Of a DNA stretch of 60,918 bases, positions 49,476 to 60,918 are shown piece after piece. A program made the translations under genes and the position numbers. Every line of letters begins with the position of its first letter. Positions within the stretch are counted from its first letter, which is position 1. Below the pieces are notes generated by a model. That model made no database searches and was not told the DNA's origin. It worked only from the letters and a program-made list of their open reading frames with translations. The DNA comes from Desulfosarcina sp. (GTDB lineage: Bacteria; Desulfobacterota; Desulfobacteria; Desulfobacterales; Desulfosarcinaceae): the NCBI GenBank assembly GCA_030145105.1, contig JAQYWF010000001.1:1-60918 (forward strand), read 5' to 3'.

Positions 49476-50102
49476 TCAAGGACGGCTGTCAAGTTCTATG
49501 GCCTTGTTAAAGGCGTTGTCCATATCCGGCAAATGCGTAATATCGGGCACGACCTGGATATAGCGTACGATGCCTTGTTTATCGACCAGCACGACAGATC
49601 TTGCGAGCAGGCGCGGGCCGTCGATCAGCAATCCGGTCGACCGCCCGAATGCGCCTTCTTTATAGTCGGAAAGGTAGTGAACATCCTCCAGCTTGGCTTC
49701 TTTTGCGAACCGTGCCTGGGCAAAGGGAGTATCCCGGCTGATGGTAATCCGTTTGATTGTTGCCGGCAATACATCACCTTCCTCACCCAGGTAATGGGTT
49801 TGGGCTTCGCAGACCGCGGTATCAATCGAAGGCACGATACTCAAAAAAAGGACGCTTCCCCGGTAATCATTCAGATCGATGGCCTTCATTGTTTTCATGT
49901 CGACCAGTTCGGTTTCCGGCATGCGTTGTCCGATTTCAATGGCAGTGCCGGTTAACGGTAAATTCTCACCCTTCTTTGACACCTGGGTGCCTGGAAAAAC
50001 GCTTTCTGTATCGACGATGACGCTGCCTTGGTTGGTAGCGCATGCGGTCAATAATGCAGTAGCCATCATACCGGCTGTCAAGACAAATAATTTTTTGATC
50101 AT
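49476..50102 (-). CDS. tpx: Thiol peroxidase (Tpx-like), lipoprotein
   Basis: Lipobox LTAC. 'VPSIDTAVC', 'ISRDTPFAQARF', 'LLARSV'. Confidence 0.85.
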   Translation of the reverse strand: MIKKLFVLTAGMMATALLTACATNQGSVIVDTESVFPGTQVSKKGENLPLTGTAIEIGQRMPETELVDMKTMKAIDLNDYRGSVLFLSIVPSIDTAVCEAQTHYLGEEGDVLPATIKRITISRDTPFAQARFAKEAKLEDVHYLSDYKEGAFGRSTGLLIDGPRLLARSVVLVDKQGIVRYIQVVPDITHLPDMDNAFNKAIELDSRP

Positions 50103-50514
50103 GAACCCTCCATGGTATGTCTGTTTTCTACCCTGATGCAATTTTTCTTCGATTTTGTCGCTGGCTGTCTTCGGTTGGTATCACAATAGCCATTTGTGGA
50201 TGGAAAATAGTTAAATAGTAGGTCATTTTCCTACAAGGCTAATACCGAAAATGCGTTGGTCAACCTTTCGACTTGAAGGGAGACCCTTACACGCATTGGC
50301 GGTTACCATGATGAGCATACTTCGTCACGCCGAGCCATTTCTTCCCAAGCGCTATGTCACACCCAACAGATCGGTAGGTTTGACCTATCGCCATACGATC
50401 AACGGTCTCACATTGCCGGTACCGTGAACGGCTGATTATTTTAACTTAAATTGATTTTAAGCGACTACCCGCAAATCGTGGTTGTTGGAAAGGTGAAAGT
50501 GGAGGAGACAAGCA

Positions 50515-51592
50515 ATGAAATGGTCATTTAAAATAGGCCGATTTGCCGGCATCGATGTGTTTATGCATTTTACCTTCATTTTGCTGATCAGCTGGGTAGC
50601 ATTGGTCCACTGGCGTCAGGGACAAAGCTTAACCGCTGCAATGGCCGGGGTTTTTTTTATCCTGACAGTCTTCATGTGTGTCGTTCTTCACGAATTTGGT
50701 CATGCGATGATGGCCAGGCGATACGGCATCAAAACGCGTGACATCATCCTGCTACCGATCGGCGGTGTGGCGCGGTTGGAAAAACTGCCGACCAATCCAA
50801 TCCAGGAAATGTGGGTCGCCCTTGCCGGCCCTGCCGTTAACGTCGTCATTGCTTTCGCGCTGTTCGTTTATTTCAGGGTCACCGCTTCGCTGGAGCCGTT
50901 GCAGACCCTGACAATCACCACTGGACCGTTTTTGGAGCGGATCTTGGCGGTCAACATATTTATGTTGGTTTTCAACATGATACCGGCTTTTCCGATGGAT
51001 GGTGGTCGCGTGCTGCGCGCCTTGCTGGCCACCCGGCAGGAATATGGCCGTGCGACTCAGATCGCGGCGACTATCGGACAGGGTATTGCGGTTCTCTTTG
51101 GCTTTGTAGGGATGTTCTATGACCCATTTCTTTTGTTCATCGCTCTATTTGTGTGGATCGGCGCAGCTCAGGAAGCCAGCATCGCCCAATTTAAATCTGC
51201 CATTGGGGGGTATCCCGGTTCAGCAGGCCATGATCAGTGATTTTAAACAGCTTGGAGTCAATGACAGCTTGAAGCGCGCCGTCGAACTGACCCTGACCGG
51301 ATCCCAAAAGGACTTCCCGGTTGTCGATAATGGCAGTCTGGAAGGCGTCCTGACGCAAACCGATCTTTTAATGGCGCTCGCCGATCAGGAAAACTACCCT
51401 ACCGTCGCATCCGCCATTCAGAGAAACTATGTCACGGTTGATTACCAGGATATGTTGGAATCTGCCTTTGCCAAACTTAACAGATGCGATTGTCACACGT
51501 TGCCGGTGATGCAAAACGGGAAACTCGTCGGGTTGGTAACCATGGATAATTTGGGTGAGTACATGCGAATTCAGGCCGCGATGAGCAATTGA
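50515..51592 (+). CDS. Site-2 protease (M50) with CBS pair; apparent +1 frameshift in G6 (51205-51210)
   Basis: HEFGH, 'AGPAVN', 'FNMIPAFPMDGGR'. CBS domains continue in ORF 51119-51592. Confidence 0.85.
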
Positions 51593-51602
51593 TGGTAGTG
51601 AT

Positions 51603-53037
51603 ATGAAATCAATTGACAGACGATTTAAGACCGGGCGTAAGTTGCAAAACAGAGGCCCACATGGATTTATGGCATTGTTTTTTATTGCCAGCTTCCTGTT
51701 CTCGGGCTGTCAATCCCATACCATCGACCCATCGCCGGAACCGTTGCAGAAAGGTGGCGTCGCTTACAGCATCCCTTCGCCGTCTTCAGAACCCGCCGAT
51801 CAAAATTGGTGGGCGTCGTTTAAGGATGCCAAGCTGGACGCAATTATCGGCAACGCATTGGATAGCAATTTTGACATCATGCGGGGCTTGGCCAGGCTCG
51901 ATCAGGCTGATGCACTCACCCGCCAGGCCAGGGCGGCCCGCCTGCCGCAGGTTGACCTCGAGGCCAATGTTCTGAGGGATTGGGCCGACGGCGATACGCG
52001 CAATCGTTTGGATTGGGTCGGCGGCGCATTGGCATGGGAAGTGGATGTGTTCAATCGGCTGGGGTCCGCCGCGCTGGCCCGTCAAAGTGAACGCGCCGCA
52101 CGCTTGGAAGATCTGCAAGCCATCCGGCTCAGTTTATCCGCCGAAGTCACCGATGCCTATTTTGATGCGGTCGAACAGCGCAGCGCGCTGGCTTTGCTGG
52201 AGCAACAAATTGAGGTTGACCGGGACTTGCTGGAACTGACCGAGCTTCGTTTCAAAGCGGGACTGACGGCTTCGGTGGATGTGCTGCAGCAAAGCAGTCA
52301 ATTGGCCGAGACAGAGAGCCTGGTGCCCCCCCACCGAAGCATTGCTGCGCGTTGCAGAAAACCGCTTGGACGTCTTGATCGGGCAGGCACCGGATGCGCT
52401 GGATCGCGTGAATGACGACGACAGGTTTGTTGCCATTGGAGATCTGCCGTTTGTCGGTGTCCCCTCGGACTTGTTGCTCAACCGTCCGGACCTGAGGGCC
52501 TTCAAAAACGAACTCATCGCAGCTGATGCAGAAATTGGACAAGCCATTGCCGAACGCCTGCCGCGGATTATGCTGGATGGCTCTTTTTTTTACGGAGTGG
52601 GTTCGGACTTCACCGGACCGGCAGGGGTATTGGTGGGATCGATCGTTCAGCCGCTGCTGGACTGGGGCGCCCGCAAGGCGGAAGTTGAACGCAGCCGTGC
52701 CCTGTATGTCGAACGATTGGCGCTATTTTCCCAGGCTTATCTGCAGGCAATCGAAGATTGCGTTGAAAACACGCTTTACCAGGAACGCAAACAGCGGGAG
52801 TTTCTGGAACGGCTGGAGCGTCGCCGTCGTTTTCTGGAACGCACCGTCGAAGAGACTCGGGATCGATACACCAACGGCCTGACGGATTTTCTGCCGGTCC
52901 TGGATGCGCTCAAGGAGCTGCAGCGAATTGAACGTATCATCGTTCGACAGGAGAGAGCGCTGCTGGGCTTTCGTATTCAGCTCCACCGCGCACTGGGTGG
53001 ACGAGTTAACGCAACCTCAAGTGAGGGTTCGATATGA
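51603..53037 (+). CDS. RND efflux outer-membrane lipoprotein (NodT/OprM family); apparent +1 frameshift in C7 (52326-52332)
   Basis: Lipobox FSGC, 'WWASFKD..L', 'WEVDVF', 'PSDLLLNRPD'. Confidence 0.85.
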
Positions 53038-54137
53038 TGAACCAAAAAACATATTTGACAGTCCCGCTATGGATCCTGCTGGCGGGGATAATTGGATTGC
53101 TTGGGATTGGTCGAGCAAGCGCTCAGCAGGCCGTACCCGTGATTGTCAAAGCAGTCGTGATCGATCGCTTCGTCGACCGTGTGGAGGCCCTCGGAACGCT
53201 GCGCGCCAACGAAACCGTTGAACTGACCGCGACCGTTTCCGAAATCGTGACAGGTGTGCATTTCGAAGTCGGTCAACGCGTAGAAGCCGGCAGTATCCTG
53301 ATCGAAATGACCAACGATGAGGAGCATGCCTTGATCGAAGAAGAGCGCTCGACCGTTGCCGAAGCCAAAAGACAGTATGATCGGCTGCGGCCCCTGGTCA
53401 AACGGGGAGCGGCATCCATATCGCTCCTCGACCAACGACGGCGGGAGTATGAAACTGCCAAGGCCCGACTCCGGGCGCTCGAATCAAAACTGCAGGACCG
53501 CCTGATCATCGCACCATTTTCCGGTATTGTCGGCTTTCGCAATATCAGCGTGGGCGCGCTGATTGAACCGGGGGATCTTATCACCACCATGGACGACGAC
53601 AGCGTCATGAAGCTCTATTTCACGGTACCCTCGATTCACCTGGCAAGCCTTGAAACCGGATTGCCCATTGTATCTACATCGCCTGCCTTCGTCGGGCGCC
53701 AATTCGAGGGCATCGTTGCCAGCATCAACAGCCGAATCGATCCGGTCACGCGTGCGATCGTTGTCAGAGCGATTCTACCCAATCCGGAACGTATGCTTAA
53801 ACCGGGGCTGTTGATGCAGGTCGCGTTGCTGAAAAATCTGCGAGACGTATTGGTGATTCCCGAGGAAGCGCTGATTCCGTCCGGGCGTGACAACCACGTG
53901 CTGGTTGTGGACCGATCCGTCCAACCCGCGATCGCCCAGCGTCGCCAGGTGACCACCGGCGGCCGCCGACCGGGAGAAGTCGAAATTCTGGACGGTCTAA
54001 AATCCGGTGAATTCGTGATCGTTGACGGGACATTGCGCGCCAAACCGGGAAAGCCGGTGGCCGTTATCGCCGTGGACAGCGGCGATGAACCCCTGGCCCG
54101 CCTGTTAAACCGGGAGCAGAAAGGCTCGGGCCAATGA
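53034..54137 (+). CDS. RND efflux periplasmic adaptor
   Basis: 'GTLRANE', 'IAPFSGIVG', 'RIDPVTR', 'LKPG', 'IPEEAL'. Confidence 0.92.
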   Translation: MMNQKTYLTVPLWILLAGIIGLLGIGRASAQQAVPVIVKAVVIDRFVDRVEALGTLRANETVELTATVSEIVTGVHFEVGQRVEAGSILIEMTNDEEHALIEEERSTVAEAKRQYDRLRPLVKRGAASISLLDQRRREYETAKARLRALESKLQDRLIIAPFSGIVGFRNISVGALIEPGDLITTMDDDSVMKLYFTVPSIHLASLETGLPIVSTSPAFVGRQFEGIVASINSRIDPVTRAIVVRAILPNPERMLKPGLLMQVALLKNLRDVLVIPEEALIPSGRDNHVLVVDRSVQPAIAQRRQVTTGGRRPGEVEILDGLKSGEFVIVDGTLRAKPGKPVAVIAVDSGDEPLARLLNREQKGSGQ

Positions 54138-57100
54138 TCCTTTCCGATGTTTCCGTCAAACGTCCAGTATTTGCCGCGGTGATCTCGCTGCTGTTGATCG
54201 TCTTCGGTCTGGTTTCCTTCGGCAGGCTGCCCCTGCGTGAATACCCGGACATCGATCCCCCCGTGGTGACCATCGAAACCCTCTATCCCGGAGCGTCCGC
54301 TAATGTGGTGGAAACACGCATTACCGAACTCATTGAAGAGCGTATTGCCGGCGTCGAAGGCATTCAGTACATCGCCTCGACCAGCGAAGATGGCCTTTCT
54401 GCGGTCACGATTGAATTCGATACCGGACGGGATGTCGACGGGGCGGTCAATGACATCCGGGACCGGGTCTCGGCGATTCTGGGGGATTTGCCGGACGAAG
54501 CCGATCCACCGGAAATCCAGAAAGTCGATTCCAACAACGATGTGATCATGTGGTTGAACCTGGTCAGCGATCGTATGACCGTACCCGCCTTGACGGATTA
54601 TGCCGATCGCTATCTGGTCGACCGGTTTTCGGTTTTGGATGGGGTTGCACGGGTGAGAATCGGCGGCGGTCAGACTTATGCCATGCGGATCTGGATCGAC
54701 CGCAGTGCCATGGCGGCGCGGGGGCTGGTGGTCAGCGATGTCGAAACCGCCCTGCGGGCGGAAAACCTTGAGCTTCCTGCCGGCAGCATCGAGTCCCAGA
54801 CACGCAGCTTTACGGTGCGGGTCAAGCGTGCGTTTCGATCGGCGGCGGATTTCAGTCGCCTGGTGTTGGCCCGCGGCGCCGACGGTCATCTGGTTCGCCT
54901 GGGTGACATTGCACGTGTCGAGCGCGGCACCGAAGAGGACCGGACGTTCTTTCGAGGCAATGGCGTGGCCATGGTGGGCATGGGCATCATCAAACAATCG
55001 ACCGCCAATACGATCGATGTGGCCCGCGGCGCCAAAGCGGAAATGCAGCGCCTGAACCCACCCTGCCCGAGGGGATGGAAATCAAGCAGAGCTACGACAC
55101 ATCCGTATTTGTCGAAGGTGCCATCAAGGAAGTCTACAAGACCCTGCTGATCGCCATCGGCCTGGTCATCTTGGTAATCTATCTTTTTCTGGGCAGCATT
55201 CGGGCCACGATCGTACCGGCCGTGACGGTTCCGGTTTCTATTATCGCCAGTTTTATCGTTTTGAACATACTTGGATTTTCCGTCAATCTGCTCACGCTGC
55301 TGGCGCTGGTCCTGGCGATCGGGCTGGTCGTGGACGATGCCATTGTGGTTCTCGAAAATATCTACCGTCGCATGGCGGAAAAAGGCGAATCTCCCTTGTT
55401 CGCCGCCTACACGGGCTCCCGCCAGGTCGGTTTCGCGGTGATCGCCACCTCCCTGGTGCTGGTCGCGGTGTTTGTGCCCATTGCCTTTCTGCAGGGGGAT
55501 GTGGGGCGCCTGTTTTCAGAATTTGCGATCACGATGGCGGCGGCGGTCTGCTTTTCCAGCATCGTCGCCCTGAGCCTCTCTCCCATGCTTGCATCCAAAA
55601 TCCTTAGACGTAAAACCGGCCAGCATGACCGACACACCCTTATGGACCGCTTGTTCGGATCCACGCGAAAACGATACCGTCGTTTACTGGGCCGCACCAT
55701 GAAGCGTCCCCTGCTGGTTGTCGGCCTATATGTGGCGCTGGTCGCTGCAATGGTGTGGTGGTTTGGGCACATACCCACGGAATATGCACCCAAGGAAGAC
55801 CGCGGCGCTTTTTTTGTCATCGTCAACGGACCGGAAGGCGCCTCCTATACTTACATGGAGGAGTATATGAATGAAATCGAGCAGCGGCTGATGCCCTTTG
55901 TCGAAAACAAAGAGGCAACCCGGCTGCTGGTCCGTGCGCCGCGAACGTTTTCGAATTATGAGAACTTCAACACCGGCATCGTGATTTTTGTTCTCAACGA
56001 CTGGGAGCAACGGCGATCCGCCTGGGCTATCATGGACGAGGTGCGCGCCAAACTGGCAGGGCTTCCGGGGGTGCGCGCCTTCCCTGTCATGCGCCAGGGC
56101 TTCGGCGCATCCATTCAAAAGCCGCTTCAGTTCGTCATCGGTGGCGGCACCTACCAGGAGTTGGACCAATGGCGCGACACCCTGCTGGCGCGGATTGAGG
56201 ACAACAATCCGGGACTGATCGGGATCGACTGGGATTACAAGGAAACCAAACCCCAACTGCAGGTGAACATCGACTATGATCGCGCGGCCGAACTGGGCGT
56301 GACCATCGGCAATGTCGGCCGCACCCTGGAAACCATGCTGGGTTCCCGGCGGGTGACCAGCTATGTCGATGCGGGGGAAGAATATGACGTGATTCTGGAA
56401 GGCGAACGCGACCGCCAGCGTACGCCGACCGATTTACAGAACATCTATGTGCGTTCATCGCGAAACGGCGACCTGATTCCCCTGTCCAATCTGGTCACAC
56501 TGGAAGAATTTGCCGATTCAAACGCTCTGAACCGGTACAATCGGGTCAGGGCCATCACCCTGGAGGCCAACCTCGCCGACGACCTGGCCTTGGGCGATGC
56601 GCTGACCTACCTGGAATGGCTGGTCAAGGACCATCTACCGGAAAACGTGATCATCGATTACAAGGGTCAATCCCAGGATTATAAATTCTCGGGCCGGTCC
56701 ATTATATTCGTTTTCCTGCTGGGGATCATGGTGGTGTTCCTTGTCCTGGCCGCCCAGTTTGAAAGCTATATCAATCCGATTGTGATCATGCTGACGGTGC
56801 CACTGGCGATTGCAGGCGGGTTGCTTGGACTTTACCTCACCGGAAGCACCTTGAATCTATACAGCCAGATCGGTTTGGTCATGCTGGTCGGCCTGGCGGC
56901 GAAAAACGGGATCCTCATCGTCGAGTTCGCCAACCAGCTCCGGGAGCGGGGCAAGTCGTTTGATTATGCCATCCTTAAAGCATCCGAGGTTCGGCTGCGT
57001 CCGATCGTGATGACCGGTATCACCACCGCAACCGGCGCCATGCCCCTGATTCTTTCCACCGGGGCCGGGGCAGAGACCCGCATGGTGATCGGTGTGGTCG

Positions 57101-57264
57101 TTCTGGCCGGTGTGTTGTCGGCAACGCTGTTTACCCTGTTTGTCGTGCCGGTGGCATACCGCCTGCTCTCCAGGCGAACGCATGCACCCGGGCAGGTCGC
57201 CCGCAACCTTGCAAAAGAGTGGGACATGCTGAAAACAGGCCAAAACATCAAGCCAACGGGTTGA
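54134..57264 (+). CDS. RND efflux permease (AcrB family); apparent -1 frameshift at the C run near 55057
   Basis: 'RPVFA', 'REYPDIDPP', 'GLVVDDAIVVLENI', 'KNGILIVEFAN', 'RLRPIVMT'. Confidence 0.9.
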
Positions 57265-57503
57265 ATGAACGAATAAAAGATTTATTTTCTGTTGTAAAAA
57301 AACGATTTCCCGCAATTCGGAAGGGAAAAAGAGTAAATCACTTCTATTTATCAACAACCTGTTAATAGGTTTCACCTACCACCATACAGTCAACCGTCCC
57401 ACATTGCCTCTATCATTAAACGCTGTAATTTTAAAGTCAGTTTATGTGGAATACGAAACCAACGGCACGCTAGTGAATACTCGGGGTTAAACCAGATCGA
57501 CAG

Positions 57504-57532
57504 GCAGAGCCTCTATGGAGACTTTGCTTTTT
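57504..57532 (+). terminator. Possible intrinsic terminator in the leader of the SOUL gene
   Basis: GCAGAGCCTC-TATG-GAGACTTTGC followed by TTTTT. Confidence 0.4.
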
Positions 57533-57569
57533 CACTTCAAACACGACAAAAGGCATTGGAGGCACGTTT

Positions 57570-58199
57570 ATGAATCGAGCTGCCTTGATTGTTCTGGCCA
57601 TAGCGGCCATGTTGACCGGAGCAACGGAGACGATGGCCATCGAAGAAGCCAAATACGAAGTAGTCAAAAAAGACAACAATTTTGAAATCCGTGACTATAC
57701 ACCTCACATTGTTGCCGAAACCCTCGTGGTGGGAAGCCTCGAGGATGCTGGTAGCAGGGCATTCAAAATACTGTTTGGCTACATCTCAGGCGAAAATCGA
57801 TCACGTCAGAAAGTTGAGATGACGGCGCCTGTTTCTCAACAGGCAAACCCTGAAAAAATTAAAATGACGGCGCCTGTGGGCCAGCAGCGGATGGAAGATA
57901 AGTGGGCCGTTAGCTTTATGATGCCGGCCTCGTACTCGCTTGAAACGCTTCCGGAGCCGGAAAATCCCAAGGTAACCCTGCGCCAGGTACCCGGTCGACG
58001 GATGGCTGCCGTACGTTATTCCGGCTTCTGGAGTGAGCAGGGATATCTCAAGAACAAATTAAAACTTGAAACATGGATTAAAGAAAACGGGCTCAAGATT
58101 GATGGCGATCCATTGTGGGCCCGATACAATGCTCCATTTACGCCTTGGTTTTTGAGGCGAAACGAGATTATGATTCCAATAGCTACGGATGCAAATTAG
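57570..58199 (+). CDS. SOUL heme-binding protein
   Basis: Signal peptide, 'FEIRDY', 'LFGYISGEN', duplicated 'MTAPV', 'YNAPFTPWFLRRNEI'. Confidence 0.92.
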   Translation: MNRAALIVLAIAAMLTGATETMAIEEAKYEVVKKDNNFEIRDYTPHIVAETLVVGSLEDAGSRAFKILFGYISGENRSRQKVEMTAPVSQQANPEKIKMTAPVGQQRMEDKWAVSFMMPASYSLETLPEPENPKVTLRQVPGRRMAAVRYSGFWSEQGYLKNKLKLETWIKENGLKIDGDPLWARYNAPFTPWFLRRNEIMIPIATDAN

Positions 58200-58278
58200 A
58201 AGCGCTTCCTTGGCAAGATGTATTGAATATGGGTTCACCGTGAACAGATACATCTAAACCTGGTTCGGAGAAACTTTC

Positions 58279-58719
58279 ATGGTGATCACAGCAGAGATCG
58301 AAATCAACGCCCCCTTGAGCGTTGTGTGGCGAACGTTCTCCCAGATGGAAAATTGGGATGACTGGAACACAGCCTGCCGCAGTTGCTGCATCGTTTCCGG
58401 GGACGAAGCCCTCTCCGCCGGGACCTGCTTTACCTTCGTTATTCGTCCATTGGTTTTCCCATTGAAAGTCCAGCCAAAAGTTGTAAGCTGTGATCCGGGA
58501 CGCGAGGTCGTCTGGGAGGGGGGCAAGATGGGAATTAACGCTTCACATACCTGGCAGTTTCGCGAAGAAAACGGAAAAGTCACCTTGCTCAGTGTCGAGC
58601 GCTTCACGGGGCCCATGGTTTGGGTGGGATATCTCTTACGTGTACCCAAGCGGTTGCACCGGTTGACACTAGAGTTTTTGCAGACGTTAAAATCCGCCGC
58701 GGAAGGGTGCAGCGCATAA
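58279..58719 (+). CDS. SRPBCC/polyketide cyclase family protein
   Basis: 'IEINAPLSVVW...W..WN', 'ERFTGP'. Confidence 0.75.
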   Translation: MVITAEIEINAPLSVVWRTFSQMENWDDWNTACRSCCIVSGDEALSAGTCFTFVIRPLVFPLKVQPKVVSCDPGREVVWEGGKMGINASHTWQFREENGKVTLLSVERFTGPMVWVGYLLRVPKRLHRLTLEFLQTLKSAAEGCSA

Positions 58720-58797
58720 ATGAGCGCACGTCGACCAGCAATGGCCACAGCGCGTTGTCGCCTGAATGACATATTCGCCCAAGACGGTGGGACCGCA

Positions 58798-59280
58798 ATG
58801 ATCAAACGTCTCTTTCGTGATAAAATCGGCAGACCGATCCTGAACTTGCTCAAGCAAGGCATCTCGCCTGAACGGCTGTCTCTAAGCATCGCCTTCGGCG
58901 TCGTGATCGGGATGTTCCCGGTTTTGGGGGCGACGACCCTGATCTGTGCCGCCATCGCCATCGTGTTGCGACTCAACCAGCCCGCTATTCAGCTATTCAA
59001 CTATCTGGTCTACCCACTGCAGATTCTTATGTTGATTCCGTTTATGAGTCTTGGCGCATTCATCTTCCAGGGGGATCCGCCTCCATTTTCGGTTCAGGAG
59101 TTAAGCGCGCTTTTCCGGCAGGATTTCTGGGGCACCATCGCTTCCTTTTTTGAAACGATACTATACGCTGTCGTCGCCTGGCTTCTGGTATGCACGCCGC
59201 TGTTTGCCGGAATTTATGCGGTATGTGTCCCGATACTGAAAAAATTCGGGCCTATCGCCAAAAATAACGTGTCTGATTGA
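58798..59280 (+). CDS. DUF2062 family membrane protein
   Basis: 'QGISPERLSLSIAFG...FPVLGATT...LRLN'. Confidence 0.75.
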   Translation: MIKRLFRDKIGRPILNLLKQGISPERLSLSIAFGVVIGMFPVLGATTLICAAIAIVLRLNQPAIQLFNYLVYPLQILMLIPFMSLGAFIFQGDPPPFSVQELSALFRQDFWGTIASFFETILYAVVAWLLVCTPLFAGIYAVCVPILKKFGPIAKNNVSD

Positions 59281-59343
59281 CGAAATCTTTCTCATGGTAC
59301 TCAGAAATTGTCTGCCAATATTTTTAGGAATCAGGAAATTATC

Positions 59344-59961
59344 ATGGACCTGAAGAAAACCCGCTTCACCGAAATGCTCATTGAGGCAAACGGCTTTAAT
59401 CCGGACGACTTTCAAAGTTGGCTTTTCTGTCCAGGCATGCGCTTTGATTCACCGGACAAGTGGTGGGGTGATTTGGGTCGGCGTGATTTCTCGCATGAGG
59501 GTATCGACCTTTGCCTGTATAGGGATGGTTCCGGGCGGGTGCGTCGCCTCAATCACGACACTCGCATTCCGGTGATGCACGACGGCGTGGTCAGATCCAT
59601 TTTTGCCGACTATTTGGGTCAGGCCGTGGTTATACAACACAAAAAGACCCAACCTGAAATTGATACGTTGATATCGATTTATGCCCACACGAGGCCACTG
59701 GATCACATAAAACCCGGTGTTATCTTATCGCTGGGGGATATCATCGCCACCATCGCCGACACAAGCCGATTAAAAGTAAACATCCTGCCGCATCTGCACG
59801 TCACGTTTGGGCTCCCGTCCCCGGAACTTGTCTTCGAAAAATTCATCTGGAATGACATGCGCGATCCCGGCCTGGTCGACCTGTTGAATCCACAGGGCGC
59901 CATCGATTGGCCCTGGCTCGCACTGGACCCACAAAAAACGAAGCGGCTATGTCCGGACTGA
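59344..59961 (+). CDS. M23 family peptidase-like protein
   Basis: 'HEGID', 'YAH', 'PHLH' zinc motifs. Confidence 0.75.
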   Translation: MDLKKTRFTEMLIEANGFNPDDFQSWLFCPGMRFDSPDKWWGDLGRRDFSHEGIDLCLYRDGSGRVRRLNHDTRIPVMHDGVVRSIFADYLGQAVVIQHKKTQPEIDTLISIYAHTRPLDHIKPGVILSLGDIIATIADTSRLKVNILPHLHVTFGLPSPELVFEKFIWNDMRDPGLVDLLNPQGAIDWPWLALDPQKTKRLCPD

Positions 59962-59973
59962 GGAACGCAGCTT

Positions 59974-60831
59974 TTGAAAACACCCCGCCGCCATCGCAAT
60001 ATCACAGCAACGCGTTTGTTCTCAGATGCTTACCAGTTTATTCGTGCCCAATCTTTTGTCGCTAACCGGTTCGGCAGGCAGTTTCATCCCAGCCGCAATT
60101 TCATTGAGATCGACATCACTTACCAGTGCAACTTGACATGCATAAACTGCAATCGTTCATGCACGCAGGCCCCGAGTAATCTGGAAATGCCTGTCGCCGG
60201 TGTAGAGGCCTTTATCAAGCAGAGCATTGAAAAAAAGATCGCCTGGAAACGTATCCGTATTCTGGGCGGAGAGCCAACCCTTCACAATCGTATTTTTGAC
60301 ATTATCGACCTGTTGATCAATTATCAGAAGACGTATAATCCTTCTGTAAGGCTGGTGCTGGGAACCAATTTCTTCGGGAATCGCGTTCATCGGGTGCTGG
60401 AGAAGCTGCCTGACGCGATCACGCTAAAAAGTACGCTGAAGTCTTCGCGCGTCAATCTATTTAGGCCGTTTAATGTGGCACCTGTCGATACGCGTTTTAA
60501 CCGATTCTCCGACTACACCTGCGGTTGCCGCATCATAAAAGAGTGCGGTTTAGGATTAACGCCTTCAGGGTATTACATGTGCGCCGTAGCCGGTGGGATC
60601 GACCGGATCTTTGGTTACCAACTGGGGAGGAATGAGCTACCGGATGACGCCGACACGTTGTCGGACCAGATGTCCGCATTTTGCCGTTTATGCGGCCATT
60701 TTGGCTTCCAGTGGCCGACACGGAGAACCAAACGATCCGAAACGTGGCGACTGGCCTATCGGCGTTTAAAAACCATTGAACCTCTTGCTGACAAGGTTAA
60801 GGATGACGGTCCCGCATATGAACCACCTTAG
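59974..60831 (+). CDS. Radical SAM protein with Cys-rich (SPASM/twitch-like) C-terminus
   Basis: 'CNLTCINC', 'GGEPTLH', C-terminal Cys residues ending 'CRLC'. Confidence 0.85.
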   Translation: MKTPRRHRNITATRLFSDAYQFIRAQSFVANRFGRQFHPSRNFIEIDITYQCNLTCINCNRSCTQAPSNLEMPVAGVEAFIKQSIEKKIAWKRIRILGGEPTLHNRIFDIIDLLINYQKTYNPSVRLVLGTNFFGNRVHRVLEKLPDAITLKSTLKSSRVNLFRPFNVAPVDTRFNRFSDYTCGCRIIKECGLGLTPSGYYMCAVAGGIDRIFGYQLGRNELPDDADTLSDQMSAFCRLCGHFGFQWPTRRTKRSETWRLAYRRLKTIEPLADKVKDDGPAYEPP

Positions 60832-60918
60832 AATACTGCATGTGATCGGACAGAGACCGGAAATGACCGGGAGTGGGATCTATCTTGAGGCGATGATCAG
60901 AGAATCTATGAAACACGG

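Overview
Bacterial chromosomal window of mixed GC content. Gene content and intergenic repeat style suggest an anaerobic, selenocysteine-using deltaproteobacterium (Desulfobacterales/Desulfosarcina-like; inference). The main feature is a split polyamine/diamine catabolic locus at about 24.9-38.3 kb and 42.7-49.4 kb. It centres on a 1055-aa fusion of a PatA-type putrescine aminotransferase with a tungsten/molybdopterin aldehyde:ferredoxin oxidoreductase (AOR). Around it lie a polyferredoxin, aguA/aguB, a PACE exporter, a divergent gabT-aor-gctAB-like operon, a BetI-like TetR with two matching 20-bp palindromes, potABCD, a MoaD sulfur carrier, a saccharopine/carboxyspermidine-dehydrogenase-family enzyme and an Lrp regulator. 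The ORF track misses a SelW/Rdx-type CxxU selenoprotein with a SECIS hairpin (15913-16089), cut at the edge of a 6.4-kb segment bounded by 64-bp direct repeats. Other features: ERIC-like structured repeats, an IS5 transposase-ABM chimera, several gene relics, an RND efflux system and housekeeping genes (rsgA, arfB, yciH, rhlE, tpx). Several frameshifts fall in homopolymers and probably reflect assembly error. No rRNA, tRNA or CRISPR array was recognised. All family calls are by-eye motif recognition, not database searches.
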